A DNA stretch of 64,000 bases from Eledone cirrhosa. Taxonomy: Eukaryota. Numbering within the stretch: the stretch's first letter is position 1; each line of letters opens with the position of its first letter. The DNA lies in NCBI GenBank assembly GCA_964016885.1, contig OZ024740.1, positions 341,558,001 to 341,622,000 on the forward strand, in the 5' to 3' direction. The position numbers were made by a program, and so were the translations under genes. The notes below the pieces were generated by a model. It had not been told where the DNA came from. It ran no database searches and saw only the letters and a program-made list of their open reading frames with translations. Below are positions 1-12,922 of the stretch, one piece after another.

Positions 1-32
1 AGATATGGCTGATTTAAATGCTAAAGGGTTAA
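1..32 (+). mobile_element. Right end of TTAA/piggyBac-like MITE (cut by window edge)
   Basis: tttaaatgctaaagggttaa matches the right TIR+TTAA of the 632-860 copy. Confidence 0.7.
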
Positions 33-79
33 TTATGTGTTGTGACTCATTCTGTCTCCAACTTTCTCATTTCACTCCA

Positions 80-400
80 ACACCTGCAATGTAGAGGAGA
101 GGAAGATAACATAAATATCGGGACTTGACTGACCACTTCCTTTTCACACTGGTCACTGTCTCATGTCGTCAGGTGTCCTTTGGTGTCCTCAATCCTCAAG
201 CTGCTGTTTTCTTCTGCATTATTGGGATGACTGCAGCCTACTTGAGGAAGAAGCCCCATGAGGTGGCGTGGCTGCTGCAGCAGATGTTGCTTGTATGTAC
301 TATACATGCTCCTTTGATGAGTTGTTGTGCACCTGATCACTGTAAACAATAATTTTCATTATATATTTTCTGCAGCAATGCCTTTGTCATTCTGCTTACA
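80..400 (+). pseudogene. Degenerate CRE-clade non-LTR retrotransposon, restriction-like endonuclease (RLE) C-terminus
   Basis: Translates EERKI..YRDLTDHFLFTLV..SFGVLNPQ...AAYLRKKPHEVAWLLQQM; homologous to 3500-3945 and 57180-57420. Confidence 0.6.
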
Positions 401-631
401 AGGCATGGCTGAAACATACTGCCCAGTCTAGGGTATAGAGTCTATCACTCCCTTCCCTTTCCCCTATCTTTTGTTGCTTAATTTGTTATCTTTTTATTCC
501 TTTTAGTCTCTATCTTTTTCGTTTCCTTATTATTGTTTATCTTGTACAGTTTATATGAAAATTGTCTGTTAGATGACTGTATATGATGCACCTTTCCCAG
601 AGGTATAGCATAATAGTAGTAATGGTAAGAT

Positions 632-860
632 TTAACCCTTTAACATTTACATTACTCTATATTTACTATTGTATTTTCACGGTAAACACTTTATTTCACA
701 TAATTATCTCACATGATATCGAATCTACGAGATTTTGATATTATTAATTTTGAGAACAATACCCTAACATAAGTATGAGCAGCTGGTTATGGCTGATTTG
801 AACAGAAAGAGGTGAGAGAATTCTGGCTGGATATGGTCAGTTTAAATGCTAAGGGGTTAA
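632..860 (+). mobile_element. piggyBac-like MITE (~230 bp)
   Basis: TTAA-CCCTTTAACATTTA ... TAAATGCTAAGGGG-TTAA: TIRs and TTAA target; at least 7 copies in window. Confidence 0.85.
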
Positions 861-1099
861 ATACATGAGTTTTTGGTCGCTATACCAGTACCTTAACCTC
901 ACAACTCTTGTGTTTCATCATTGTTAACAGATTGTCTTGTGATATATTTGCACATGATTAAAGAATGCGTCTCTATTATAAAGTTATTTTATTTCACTGG
1001 CCATATAGGATGAGGGTATGAGTCACATAAACTGTATTGTATAGAAGTTTAAATGTAGAATCAAAGATATATTTCATCTAATGTAATAGTTGTATTATT

Positions 1100-1210
1100 A
1101 ATCCCGCCGAGGTTGACTTTGCCTTTCATCCTTACGGGGTCGATAAAATAAAGTACCAGTAATGCACTGGATAATTGCTGGCCTTGTGCCAAAAGTAGAA
1201 ACAATTATTA
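1100..1210 (+). mobile_element. tRNA-SINE family B (Meta-domain-like), 5' truncated
   Basis: cccgccgaggttgactttgcctttcatccttacggggtcgataaaataaagtaccag core shared with >20 copies. Confidence 0.8.
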
Positions 1211-1292
1211 ATACAGCTGCTGCTGCTCACATCCCTCACCATTTACAGTACACCAATAGACACTGTTTGCCTGTCTAGCTTATATACCACAC

Positions 1293-1745
1293 ACATATAA
1301 CATATCTATCTATCTATCTAGGGTGGGAAAATTCCCAAGATCCATGGACGAGTTCTCTCCTGCGGTCTCTGTCTCTCATTATCGCTGCCATGTCCTGCGT
1401 CTCCAAGAGACCAGTGTCTGTCCTTAGGGCATCAACATATGTTAACCTTCGTTACTGTAGTGGAGTCTGTGCTGCTGTCCGGGTCTGAGACTTGGACACT
1501 GACCAAGAAACTCACTCAGATGGTGGATGCCTGAGAATGCTGAGGATGGCTCTGAACATTAATCAATATACACTGAGGTTGAAGAACTCAGAGCTATACG
1601 GGAGCCTCCCAAAAGTGACACAGGAGACTGAGGTTAGCTGGACATGCTCACCGACATCCAGAGTTGACACTGCACTCAGTGCTCCTGTGGGAGCCCCTGC
1701 ATGGACACACTGGATGAAGAAGACCGGGGTTAACATATAACATAT
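1293..1745 (-). mobile_element. RTE/RTEX-like LINE 3' fragment with 5' inversion, (GATA)n tail and 13-bp TSD
   Basis: Minus 1450-1306 encodes LTYVDALRTDTG...MRDRD; the upstream part (LRMLRMALNI..NSELYGSLP..LWEPLHG) is inverted on + at 1490-1735; TSD ACATATAACATAT at 1293-1305 and 1733-1745. Confidence 0.75.
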
Positions 1746-1749
1746 ATAC

Positions 1750-2276
1750 ATCATCATCATCATCATCATCATCATCGTTTAACGTCCATGTTCCACGCTT
1801 GCATGGGTTTGGACGGGAGTTTTCCCACTTGAGGCAAGAGTGGTTGTCTTGCTCGCATAGGACTATCTGGCGGGTTTTCTACAGCTGGATGCCCTTCCTA
1901 ACACCAACCACATTTACAGTGTGGGACTGGGAGGTTTTTACCGTGTTGCCTACACGGCCACATTACAGCGTGGACTGTGTGTTTTTTGTCGTGACACCTA
2001 CACGATCTCATTTGTTTCGGCCTGGATGTTGTGGCACCAACATAACTTTACATTGAAAGGGGCGGTGTGAATGGGGTGGAGGTGGTGGGACGGGGGTGTG
2101 TTTTGTTAGAGATGCCTACTGACTGTAGTAGGTTTTACTTTGTATTTCAGGTAAGGCGGGTCTTCTCTGTTACTGAGTACCGCCAAAGGTCTCAGTCCAG
2201 TGACATTGTCTTGGAGAGGTGTAAGTGTGTGAGGTCGGAATTTATCAGGTCGTCCCAGGTTTTTCTGGGTCTGCCT
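1750..2276 (-). mobile_element. RTE LINE (PHD family), 3' end fragment
   Basis: GRPRKTWDDLINSDLTHLHLSKTMSLD, 3'UTR and (GAT)n tail closely match the long copies. Confidence 0.9.
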
Positions 2277-2465
2277 ATATATATATACATATATATACAA
2301 ACATACACCATATATATATTCCCACATACATGCACATTTACCCATACCACATATATACATGAATCTCAATGAGTTGGTAACAATTAAACTAGCTGAGTCA
2401 ATCTTCATCCAAAACTGGGGTTTAATTTTACAATGAGAGTAATTACATATGGATATGGCTCCATA

Positions 2466-2544
<79 letters not shown>

Positions 2545-2679
2545 GAAAAAAACAAGGAAGTTTCGTTTACATATGAAAAATATTTATTTATTGTTTATCG
2601 ACCTGTTACGCATGTTTCGCAGAGGTTTGGCTCAAGGTAACCTATAGAAGTTAAGGAATCAACTCCAGTATTGATCTGC

Positions 2680-2795
2680 TTAATAATATTAAAATCTCAT
2701 AGATTCGATATTATGTGAGATAATTATGTGAGGTAAAGCCTTTACTCTGAAAGTACAATAGTAAATATAGAGTAATGTAAATGTTAAAGGGTTAA
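2680..2795 (-). mobile_element. piggyBac-like MITE, partial
   Basis: Reverse complement of the left half of 632-860, ending gggttaa. Confidence 0.75.
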
Positions 2796-3054
2796 CTTGT
2801 TATTCTTTGGTAGTCAAATAAGAAGTGTGAGACAATACTGGTTCTGATAGAGACAGAGGGGAAGGGAAGAAGAGGTCACGTCATCGAAGTTCAAAGTAGA
2901 AAGAGAAGGAGGGAGAGAGAGAGAGCAGCTGTATGTCGCTAGTGGCAACTACACCAATTTTAAAGGTAAGTAATATATAAGATATACGAAAGACATTTTA
3001 TAAAGTAGAAAATATAATATAATAAAAAAACAACATACATATACATACAATAAT

Positions 3055-3172
3055 AATAATTGTTCCTAATTTTGGCACAAGGCCAGCAATTACCCAGTAC
3101 ATTACTAGTACTCTATTTTATCGACCCCGTAAGGATGAAAGGCAAAGTTAACCTCGACGGGATTTGAACTCA
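3055..3172 (-). mobile_element. tRNA-SINE family B
   Basis: ggcacaaggccagcaatt...cgaccccgtaaggatgaaaggcaaagttaacctcg. Confidence 0.8.
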
Positions 3173-3196
3173 TAAGAATAATAATGACAACTATAT

Positions 3197-3485
3197 GGAG
3201 GCACATGGCTTAGTGGTTACAGCATTGGGCTTGCAATCGAAAGGTTGTGAGTTCAATTCTCAGACCGGGTGATGTGTTGTTTCCTTAAGCAAGACACTTT
3301 ATTTCACATTGCTCCAGTTTACTCAGCTGTAGAAATGAGATGATAGGGACTGGGGTCCTTATCATTCCACTGCAAAGTGGTCATGGAGGTGCCACGGCAA
3401 AAAAGCACCCAGCACTCACTGTAAAATGAGGTTGGTGTTAGGAAGGGCATCGGATGTAAAATGATGATGATGATGATGATGATGA
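3197..3485 (+). mobile_element. tRNA/CORE-like SINE family A
   Basis: A box tggcttagtgg, B box gagttcaattct, CORE-like ccttaagcaagacactt...cagtttactcagctgtagaaatg, (GAT)n tail. Confidence 0.85.
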
Positions 3486-3499
3486 TTATAATGACGATA

Positions 3500-3945
3500 A
3501 TAATAAAAAAAGGGAAACAAAAGGAAAGAAAGAATAGGGAAATATAGATAAAAAAGAGAGAAAGAAAGAAGAAAAAACTGGAAGGGGAGGGGATGGCAAG
3601 AGCTCGGGTGTCGCAGAAGAGAGGGGAGGTTGGAGGGGGAAGGTGATTGGGCTTTCGGCCTAGAACAAGGGTACGGAATTGCTGCGCCCTGCGGACAAGA
3701 CGGCAAAAACATTCCCACAGATGATGGCCAGTGACACCCTCTGCAACGCCATCCAACCTTGCGGGGGCTCCCTCCTCAGATAGGCTGCTGACACTCCAAT
3801 CTTGTGGAGAAGCTTGGCAGTACGGGGTCTAAGTACACCTGAGGTCACAACGGCGACCAGTGTGAAGAGGAAGTGGCTGGACAGACCCTGGTATTTGTTT
3901 ATTTTACGGTCTTCTATGAGATGGGCCGCGATGCCGGGGTATTCA
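3500..3945 (-). pseudogene. CRE-clade non-LTR retrotransposon 3' end (RLE domain)
   Basis: EDRKINKYQGLSSHFLF..VTSGVLRPRTAKLLHKIG...LQRVSLAIICGNVFAVL matches the CRE RK..KY / ETxG / QRLSxAIxxGNA pattern. Confidence 0.7.
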
Positions 3946-4799
3946 ATATTTTAGAGGAGTAATTCAGAAGTGTGTTGATCACTCCCTTGCATCTCAATGT
4001 TATCCCTATTAAATACTGTAATATGTAGTATTACTAATCATGTTGTAATGTCATCATTTTGGTATACTTTTTACTGACTAGATTCGCTTCTTATCATCAA
4101 TGACTTTACAGCATGAACTAGGTGTATTTGATCATGTCACTAGCACTAGCTAGTTTGTCTGTTGGGACTAAAGTGTTCCTTCTATTCCATCAGTTGCTAT
4201 TAAGTTATTGCTCTTCTTCATAGATGGGTTGTCTTTGCTATGACTTAGAGAGTCCATAGCTCTTTTGTGCAAATATTTAGATCCAAGTCAGCTCTGAGCA
4301 AGTATATCTATATTCATCCTGTCTTCTATTGAGACATGATGTATTTAAGAGGATTATGTGTAAATTAACTACTTCTTCTAATAGGTTCAGAGACTACATA
4401 GAGATTCTAGTTATTTGTTAGTTGTTGTATAGGGTGTTGCTACATACTGCATGCAATGTTATTACATTCTACATGTAGTGTTACAACATGTCACATACAT
4501 CACATTTCTAGTATATCTCATGCAGTCTATACAGACATCTCTCTCTCTATCTCTCTCTCCCTCTCTCTCTCTCCCCCTCTCTCTCTATTATATATATATA
4601 TATATTCTTCAAAATTATAAAAAAGTCAAGGATATGAAATTATATATTCTTTCATTTTTATGAATGTTTCAATACGCATTGAGCTTTTCTCATCTTACCA
4701 AAGAAAATAGTGAAGTACTATACTATAATCACATATATATATATCTTTCTACCTATTTATCTATCTATCTCACACTCTCCATATATATATATATATATA

Positions 4800-5141
4800 A
4801 TCATCATCATCATCATCATCATCTTACGCCCGCTTTTCCCTGCTTGCAAGGGTGGGACGGGAACTGATTCAGGCTTGATTTCTACAGCTGGATGCCTTTC
4901 CTAACACCAACCTCATTTACAGTGAGTGCTCGGTGTTTTTTTGCCGTGGCGCCTCCACAACCACTTTGCAGTGGAATGATAGGGACCCCAGTCCTATCAT
5001 CTCATTTCTACAGCTGAGTAAACTGGAGCAATGTGAAATAAAGTGTCTTGCTCAAGGAAACAACACATCACCCGGTCTGAGAATTGAACTCACAATCTTT
5101 CGATTGCAAGGCCAATGCTCTAACCACTAAGCCATGTGCCT
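4800..5141 (-). mobile_element. tRNA/CORE-like SINE family A, full length
   Basis: Reverse complement of 5536-5884. Confidence 0.9.
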
Positions 5142-5535
5142 ATATATAATATATATATATATATGTGTGTATGTATATATATATATCAAAAGTAAGTGTA
5201 CAAACCAATCAAGGAGAGATAGGAGATCAGTTGTGAGAATTATAAGCCAGCAGTAAAGAGGACTGTGTACTCAATGCGTATTAAGTGCAAGACAAGCGAA
5301 CACTAAAAGTAAGTGAGAGAATTATATGTCATGCAAAAAGTGTATAGGCAGAGCGTTAATATAAACATTATTATATATATATATATATGAATATATATAT
5401 ATTATATATATATAAATTTTTGTCAGAGAATACACAACCAAATTCTTGAAAAAATATTTATTGGTTTACAATTGTTTCAGAAGCTGGATCATAATTCGAT
5501 CCATAAAAATAAGCTTTTTTGAATTACAATGTCTT

Positions 5536-5884
5536 GGAGGCACATGGCTTAGTGGTTAGAGCATTGGCCTTGCAATCGAAAGGTTGTGAGTTCAATTCTC
5601 AGACTGGGTGATGTGTTGTTTCCTTGAGCAAGACACTTTATTTCACATTGCTCCAGTTTACTCAGCTGTAGAAATGAGATGATAGGGACTGGAGTCCCTA
5701 TCATTCTACTACAAAGTGGTTGTGGAGGTGCCACGTCAAAAAAAGCACCCAGCACTCACTGTAAATGAGGTTGGTGTTAGGAAGGGCATCCAGCTGTAGA
5801 AATCAAGCCAGAATCAGTTCCGTCCCACCCTTGCAAGCAGGGAAAAGCGGACGTAAAATGATGATGATGATGATGATGATGATG
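5536..5884 (+). mobile_element. tRNA/CORE-like SINE family A, full length
   Basis: tRNA head, CORE-like body, RTE-type tail ccgtcccacccttgcaagcagggaaaagcggacgtaaaat(gat)n. Confidence 0.9.
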
Positions 5885-5995
5885 TCCTTCTGTTTTAATC
5901 CTTCGATTGATAAGTGGTGTGGTATGTGTTTCATGTATTTTGTAGTCTCCCCCATCAAAGACATGAATTTTTGAATTTTACGTTTATTTTCTTTC

Positions 5996-6122
5996 TGGTT
6001 CTGAAGATGAGGTCAAATCATAGTTTGGTTTTCATATCATCCATACCTATCGATTCTAAAATTGATGGATTTTATTTTTACTGACCGAATTATGGTCTAG
6101 CTTCTGAAACAATTGTAAACCA
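5996..6122 (+). ncRNA. Type I hammerhead ribozyme motif with ~98-nt stem II
   Basis: tggtt-CTGAAGA-tgagg...cttct-GAAA-caattg-TA-aacca; stem I tggtt/aacca, palindromic stem III ACAATTGT, GUA site. Confidence 0.6.
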
Positions 6123-6201
6123 ATAAATATTTCTTCAAGAATTTGGTTGTGTATTCTCTGACAATAATTATCATTATCATCATCGTCATCATCGTTTAAC
6201 A

Positions 6202-6231
<30 letters not shown>

Positions 6232-6237
<6 letters not shown>

Positions 6238-6422
6238 GAGGGAAGTGTGGTAAAGAACCAGGTGGACCATAACACATCAGAGTACTTGATACTTTGGGTA
6301 GTAGAGTGGGTAATAGGAAAAGGTTCAGGACCAAGACGGCAGAGCTCAAGCCGTTTCTGGAGTCCAGAAATAGGCGGCAAAACGGCTTGAGCTCTGCCAT
6401 CGGGGTCGTGAACCTTTTCCTA
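6232..6422 (-). mobile_element. TA-embedded foldback element with half-hammerhead (family H), copy 1
   Basis: Hairpin 6314-6422 plus tail shared with 7515, 24852 and 31103 copies. Confidence 0.75.
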
Positions 6423-6456
<34 letters not shown>

Positions 6457-6531
6457 CAAGGATCGGAATTAAGAGTATTCCGCAGTTCACAGTAATAATA
6501 ATAATATTAACTCAAAGAAGAATAGAGAATT

Positions 6532-7065
<534 letters not shown>

Positions 7066-7075
7066 ATATATTTTC

Positions 7076-7408
7076 ATCATTCATCATCATTTTATTTTAC
7101 GTCCGCTTTTTCCCTGCTTGCAAGGGTGGGACGGGAACTGATCCTGGCTTGATTTCTACAGCTGGATGCCCTTCCTAACACCAACCTCATTTACAGTGAG
7201 TGCTGGGTGCTTTTTTTTTTGCCGTGGCACCTCCACGACCACTTTGCAGTGGAATGATGGGGACCGCAGTCCCTATCATCTCATTTCTACAGCTGAGTAA
7301 ACTGGAGCAATGTGAAATAAAGTGTCTTGCTCAAGGAAACAACACATCACCCAGTCTGAGATTTGAACTCACAACCTTTCGATTGCCTCCATATATATAT
7401 GTGCCTCC
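7076..7408 (-). mobile_element. tRNA/CORE-like SINE family A
   Basis: Matches family A; head partly deleted. Confidence 0.85.
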
Positions 7409-7479
<71 letters not shown>

Positions 7480-7514
7480 TATATACATATATATCTATAC
7501 ATATATATATACAT

Positions 7515-7676
7515 AATGAAGGAGTTGTGGTAAGGAACCAGATGGACCATAATGCACCAGAGTACTCAATACTTAGGGTAGTAGAGTGGGTAATAGGAGA
7601 AAGTATGACTCCGACGGTAGAGCTCAAAGCCGTCGAAACGGCTTGAGCTCTACCGTCGGGGTCATACTTTCTCCTA
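7515..7676 (-). mobile_element. Foldback family H, copy 2
   Basis: Hairpin 7594-7676 plus shared tail, between (TA)n tracts. Confidence 0.75.
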
Positions 7677-7686
7677 TATATATATA

Positions 7687-8076
7687 TGAAGGCACATGGT
7701 TTAGTGGTTAGAGCATTGGCCTTGCAATATGGAGGCACATGGTTTAGTGGTTAGAGCATTGATCTTGCAAGCGAAAGGTTGTGAGTTCAATTCTCAGACT
7801 GGGCGATGTGTTGTTTCCTTGAGCAAGGCACTTTATTTCACATTGCTCCAGTTTACTCAGCTGTAGAAATGAGATGATAGGGACCCCAGTCCCTATTATT
7901 CCACTGCAAAGTGGTCGTGGAGGTGCCACGGCAAAAAAGCACCCAGCACTCACTGTAAATGAGGTTGGTGTTAGGAAGGGCATCCAGCTGTAGAAATCAA
8001 GCCAGAATCAGTTCCTGTCCTACCCTTGCAAGCAGGGAAAAGTGGACATAAAATGAAATGATGATGATGATGATGA
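7687..8076 (+). mobile_element. tRNA/CORE-like SINE family A with duplicated head
   Basis: aggcacatggtttagtggttagagcatt occurs twice (7690, 7733), then full body and tail. Confidence 0.85.
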
Positions 8077-8139
8077 TATATATATATATAAAGAGAGAGA
8101 GAGCAAAACATTTAAACTCCCCGGATGCAATTAAAGATG

Positions 8140-8490
8140 TGATTATTTCAGAGGAAGATATTGCACATGTGATCAGCACCTGCCCCAGAAATATTAACAC
8201 ACCACTGTGCTGGTGATAAAACAATATACAATGCAGTTCATGGGAAAACAAACTGCTTTATGATAAATATAGAAGATGATTGTGATGTTGAGTACAGAGA
8301 TACGTTTCAACACAAGGAATATTGGTGGAACATTCCCATCAAAATGTCCTTCAATTGCAAATATAAGAGATCTGATATGGTTGTTTGGCAGAGAAAATGA
8401 AAATCATGCACAGTCTAAATACCAGCTGCCTTACAGATGAGAATGTTTCGTTCTAAATCATAAAGAAATATGAAATAAAGAAGCCTACAG
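8140..8490 (+). pseudogene. Degenerate R4/Dong-like RLE LINE fragment
   Basis: EDIAHVISTCP and NKEYWWNIPIK...KRSDMVVW; homologous to 11257-11640. Confidence 0.6.
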
Positions 8491-8709
8491 CTTCTTAAAG
8501 GATTGGGAGGATCCTTCAGTTGTATAAAAGACATAATGGCCTCCCTAGTGCTGGGTTAATGATAAAATGCACTTGGTAGAGTGTGGGATTATATGTAAGC
8601 AAAACATGGGCCTTTCAGCTCATCTGAGGAGTCAGCTGTCCCATTTGAGTACTAATTTGGTCTGTGAAGACTTGTCCAATTCTTGCTAGGCAGAGAAAAC
8701 AGATGTTAA

Positions 8710-8890
8710 ATAATTGTTTCTACTTTTTTGGCTCAAGGCCATCAATTATCCCAGTACATTACTGGTACTTTATTTTAACGACCCCATAAGGATGAAAGGC
8801 AAAGTTAACCTCGACGGGATTTGAACTCAGGCCGTAAAGGGACGTAACTCTATGTAGCAAAGCATGGAATCTGATCCTCTACCGATACTA
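8710..8890 (-). mobile_element. tRNA-SINE family B
   Basis: Family B body and part of head. Confidence 0.8.
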
Positions 8891-8954
8891 TCACATCACA
8901 GATGTTAAATAATGATAATGAAGATGATGATGCATATGTATGTATGTATAGACA

Positions 8955-9112
8955 ATAGACTTGAGCAGTTTCTGTCCACCAGATTTTACTTGCAAGACAT
9001 TGGTCAACCTGAGGGTGTAGTAAAAGACACTTCCTTAAGGTGTTGTACAGTGTGACTGAACCCGAAACGATGTGTTGCAAAGCAAACTTCTTAACCATAC
9101 AGCAATGTCTGC
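8955..9112 (-). mobile_element. Older tRNA/CORE-like SINE (family C), degraded
   Basis: Minus gcagacattgctgtatggttaagaagtttgctttgcaac head; similar copies near 21275, 60540, 61000. Confidence 0.55.
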
Positions 9113-9183
9113 ATATATTGTATTATTAAGTGTCTAAGTGATAGTTTCAAATGTTGAAGTTTTAAGACAAAGTGGCCAGCTAA

Positions 9184-9530
9184 CATCATCATCATCATCA
9201 TCATCTTACATCCATTTTTCTAAGCGAGCATGGGTTAGACGAGTTGTCCTGTTGTGGGCAATGCCAGGTCAGGTGACCATGTCTTGCTCATACAGAGCTG
9301 ATTTTGGCTTTGGTTTTTACAGTTGGATGCCCTTCCTAATGGCAACCTCATTTACAGTGAATACTGGGTGCATTTTGTCATGACGCTTACATGACCAGTT
9401 TACAGTGTGGATTGGGTGCCTTTTGTCATGACACCTACATGACCACTTTACAGTGTGGACTGGGTGCTCTTTGTCATGACACCTACATGACTACTTTACA
9501 GTGAGAGAGGATGGGGGTATACTGTATATA
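9184..9530 (-). mobile_element. RTE-tail-type non-autonomous element with ~46-bp internal tandem repeats
   Basis: (CAT)n tail, ggatgcccttcctaa module, repeated gtggactgggtgc..ttgtcatgacacctacatgaccactttaca; second copy 16265-16650. Confidence 0.65.
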
Positions 9531-10914
9531 TGCTTTGCAAATAAAAGCTGTAAGAAGAGTAATAACATGCAAGACTTTTTAAAATTTAACACATATCTCT
9601 TCACCATTGTTATCTAAATACCAACTATTAAGCTTTGTTTCTTTGTAAGAAACCAATTCTTATTTTTATCATCATTATCATCGTTTAACGTCTATTTTCC
9701 ACACTAGCATGGGTTAGATAGGAAGAATTCAAATAATTAAAAAAGAGATATAACATATAGCTAAAAGAAACTATAGGAGGAGACTTAAGATCAGTTCAGA
9801 CTGCCTGTATTAAAGTGTTATTACATATATAAAAACCTTCCAAGTCTTATTTAAGAATTTTTTGTTTAGAAATGTTTCAAAAATCAGCTTACAAATGAAA
9901 AAGTTATTTTATGAAATTCCTCAAAAGTTTTGGTTATTTTCAAAATTAATTGAAACATATTAACAGTGTTCAATACTTATTGAACAAAATATATACACAC
10001 ACACCTTCCATTACCCTCCCTTCTACCAGCATTTGCTCTGGATGACATTTCTCTGATGTAGGTGCCAGAATAAAATGCACTTAGTACAATCTGCAGAGCA
10101 GTTGGTAATAGGAAGTACATCCAGTTATAGAAATATTGCCAATGTATGAACAAGATGTAATCCTCAACCCATCTAGAAGATCAATAATTTTGAATAAGAG
10201 GTGACTCAGCCAGTTTTTATTGAGCATGGGAAAACAGCTGTAAAATAATGATGCTGATATGGGTGTGTGCATGTGTATTTGTGTGTGCATTATATATGGA
10301 TACAGGCATACATACATACAAACACATGCTCACACACACACACACACAAATGCGTATATCATCCTGATCATCAATTTTATGATCTGAATCAGTTCTTATT
10401 CAAAGTTACTGCCCTCTCCCCACATACAATGTGGGCTAGATCGTCTCTGGGCTCTTCACCTCATGGGAGATAAAAAAATTCTCAACTTTTGGGCATTACG
10501 CATCATCATTTAGTGAACAATTCTATTTTTCTCAAATTGTAGGCAGCTTTCCCCAGTCATAAACCACCAAACATTTCTATTCAAAGTGAAATGGTGTCAA
10601 TTTTTAAGGCTGGTGGTATGGATTTATATTTATACCATCATACCATCATACCATCATATAATGTGAGCATTCTTGTCAGCTTAGCTGAAATGATTGTAAA
10701 ACAAGGCATTAATAACTATCTAACCTTGTTCTCTTATCTTTTCATTGTTCAACATTATGTATTTGACTTTGTAGTTTGAATACTCACTGATATATAAGAG
10801 GGCCATTGTACCACAGAAGTGGATAGTACACTTTATCAATTGAGTATTCATCTTAGCACTACATTGAGATCCAAGATGATCATAAGTCCTGCCTTGACTA
10901 AACAGAATACTCAC

Positions 10915-10992
10915 ATGTATGTATGTATGTATGTATGTATGTATGTATGTATGTATGTATGTATGTATGTATGTATGTATGTATGTATGTAT
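10915..10992. repeat. (ATGT)n microsatellite
   Basis: Direct reading. Confidence 0.95.
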
Positions 10993-11641
10993 GTTCTTCT
11001 GGTTTTATAATTTCACAAAGTTTTACCAATATAGAGAGAGTCGGTTTCTAACATAGACACAAGACTCTCTCATTGGAATTTACACAACATCAACTAGGTA
11101 GATATGTATGTATGCATGCATGTGTAGATATGGATGTTATTGTATGTGTGGATGTGTATGTTTTGAGTTGTATGTATGCATGTGTACATGCTTTGTATCT
11201 GTACATGTGTATATGCAGTTATTAGATGCAACATTTTTGGAATACTTTACATATTTTTACTGTTCCATTAATGGATTGTACTTGTATATCCTAACTAGTT
11301 GTGTTCTTTCTGTTCCTGTGAAGCCTAGCTTCTCAAGATTTGTATTGAGGCAGTTACTAACATACCCCAGTGCCTCAATAATCACAGGCATAAATCTGAA
11401 GGTGTAATCAGGGTGGAGTATCTGCAGATTTCTCATCAGTTCTGCATAAATATTCTCCTTTTCACTAATCTTTGATATTATATTGGCATCTGCTGGGCAG
11501 CTAATTTCCACTACTGTGCATGTTTTCTTCTCCCTGTCCCATATCATAATATCTGGTCTGTTATGCCTGCATTTTATTGGGGTTTTTACTGGAACATTCC
11601 ACCAGTACTCTTTCATATTATGTACATGGATGTCTTCCACA
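10993..11641 (-). mobile_element. R4/Dong-clade non-LTR retrotransposon, 5'-truncated (RLE domain and 3'UTR), within (ATGT)n
   Basis: ORF 11257-11640: EYWWNVPVKT..HNRPDIMIWDREKKTCTVVEISCPAD..EKENIY..PVIIEALG, an RPD..E/D..K..Y RLE; ATGT repeats at both ends. Confidence 0.8.
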
Positions 11642-11699
11642 TTGTATGTATGTATGTTTGTTTGTCATGCTGCTCTTCAGCATTACTGGTATTATGTAA

Positions 11700-12180
11700 T
11701 CCAGTGCAACCTGTGCTTGGTTAGGTCATTGGCAACTAAACAGGCAACCACACCAAGCTTGCTTGTTTGGTGAGAAGGGGTTTTTGGATACCCTGCGGTA
11801 TGAAAAATAAAACCCAACAAAGGGCAGGGTATCTCAGGACAGTCAACAGCCATCCAATAAAGAATTTTGTTTTGTGGAGTAAGATACTCCTAGTCTTCAT
11901 TAAGACATCTCTCTAGGAGAAGGTCACACTGATATAAAACCTGCCACTTTATATCCAATGATGGAGACCAGTTAGACCAGTTTTCCTTTTTGGGTAAATG
12001 TATTTAATGTTCAGAGAATCAGATTGGTCCTGTGCAAAGCCATTCCTCACTTAAAAAAGCTTCAAGCACAGTCATTGCTTGATATGTGATATTTTTTGCA
12101 ATGCATGGTATTGTTGGCCAAAGGCAAGTCCCAAGCATGACTAAAAAGCCACGTCTGTGATGCTCATGTTTAAGAATCAA
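11700..12180 (+). mobile_element. Probable old RTE-derived non-autonomous repeat
   Basis: ctaggagaagg..ctgatataaaacc and gtgcaaagcc..cctcacttaaaaaagctt motifs recur at 17145-17290. Confidence 0.4.
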
Positions 12181-12219
12181 GTGATGACACTACTCAAAAT
12201 CAAGTTGTAGCCATCATCT

Positions 12220-12305
12220 TGTATGTATGTATGTATGTATGTATGTATGTATGTATGTATGTATGTATGTATGTATGTATGTATGTATGTATGTATGTAT
12301 GTATG
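12220..12305. repeat. (ATGT)n microsatellite
   Basis: Direct reading. Confidence 0.95.
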
Positions 12306-12922
12306 CATGCATACACACCCGCACACATACATATATACATATACACATATACACATACATGCATGCATGCATGTATGTGTATATGTATATCTATGTGTAT
12401 CAGACATGTCACAAGAGCAATATGCAACATCTGTTCAATATCATATCATCTAATGCCACTTAAATATATATATATATATACACCCACATATATATATATA
12501 TATATGTATATGTGTGTGTACCTGTATGTGTGTGTGCATGTCTCAGTGTGCATATTTAGTTTACAGAAAGCAAGGAGAATTATAGAACAACTTCCTCTGT
12601 TAAATTGGTGGGTCTCTTCAGTTACATACCCTTTTCAACAAATACTCTGACATTTTGTTGTCAAGCAACACAAGCTGTAAGTTTCATCATAGCTTAAGTA
12701 GTCTTCATGTCTAATGTAACCCAGTAGGTTGACAGAGACAACTGTTCTGTGATTACCAAGCATTCTGCAAGCTGTATTGCCTATCACTTAACACTACTTT
12801 ATATATATATATATATACATACTTATTGTGGTTACATAACTTCTAATTGAATGGAAGGAAGTATGGGTGGCGTGTTGGTATAAAGGTAACACATTGGTCT
12901 GGCAAACCAAAGATGTGGGTTT

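Larger units (their letters stand above)
5420..6164 (+). mobile_element. Non-coding Penelope-like/retrozyme element with inverted termini, interrupted by a SINE
   Basis: 5420-5515 is the inverted copy of 6068-6164; contains HHR 5996-6122; lies between (TA)n tracts. Confidence 0.6.

Noticed and set aside
2603-2622. Minus-strand gcGAAAcatgcgTAacagg half-hammerhead
   Set aside because: Could not locate the CUGANGA half (region interrupted by a MITE); left uncalled
9340-9505. 46-bp repeats resembling a CRISPR array (also 16430-16590)
   Set aside because: Contiguous tandem repeats without unique spacers, inside a retroelement; eukaryotic DNA with no cas genes
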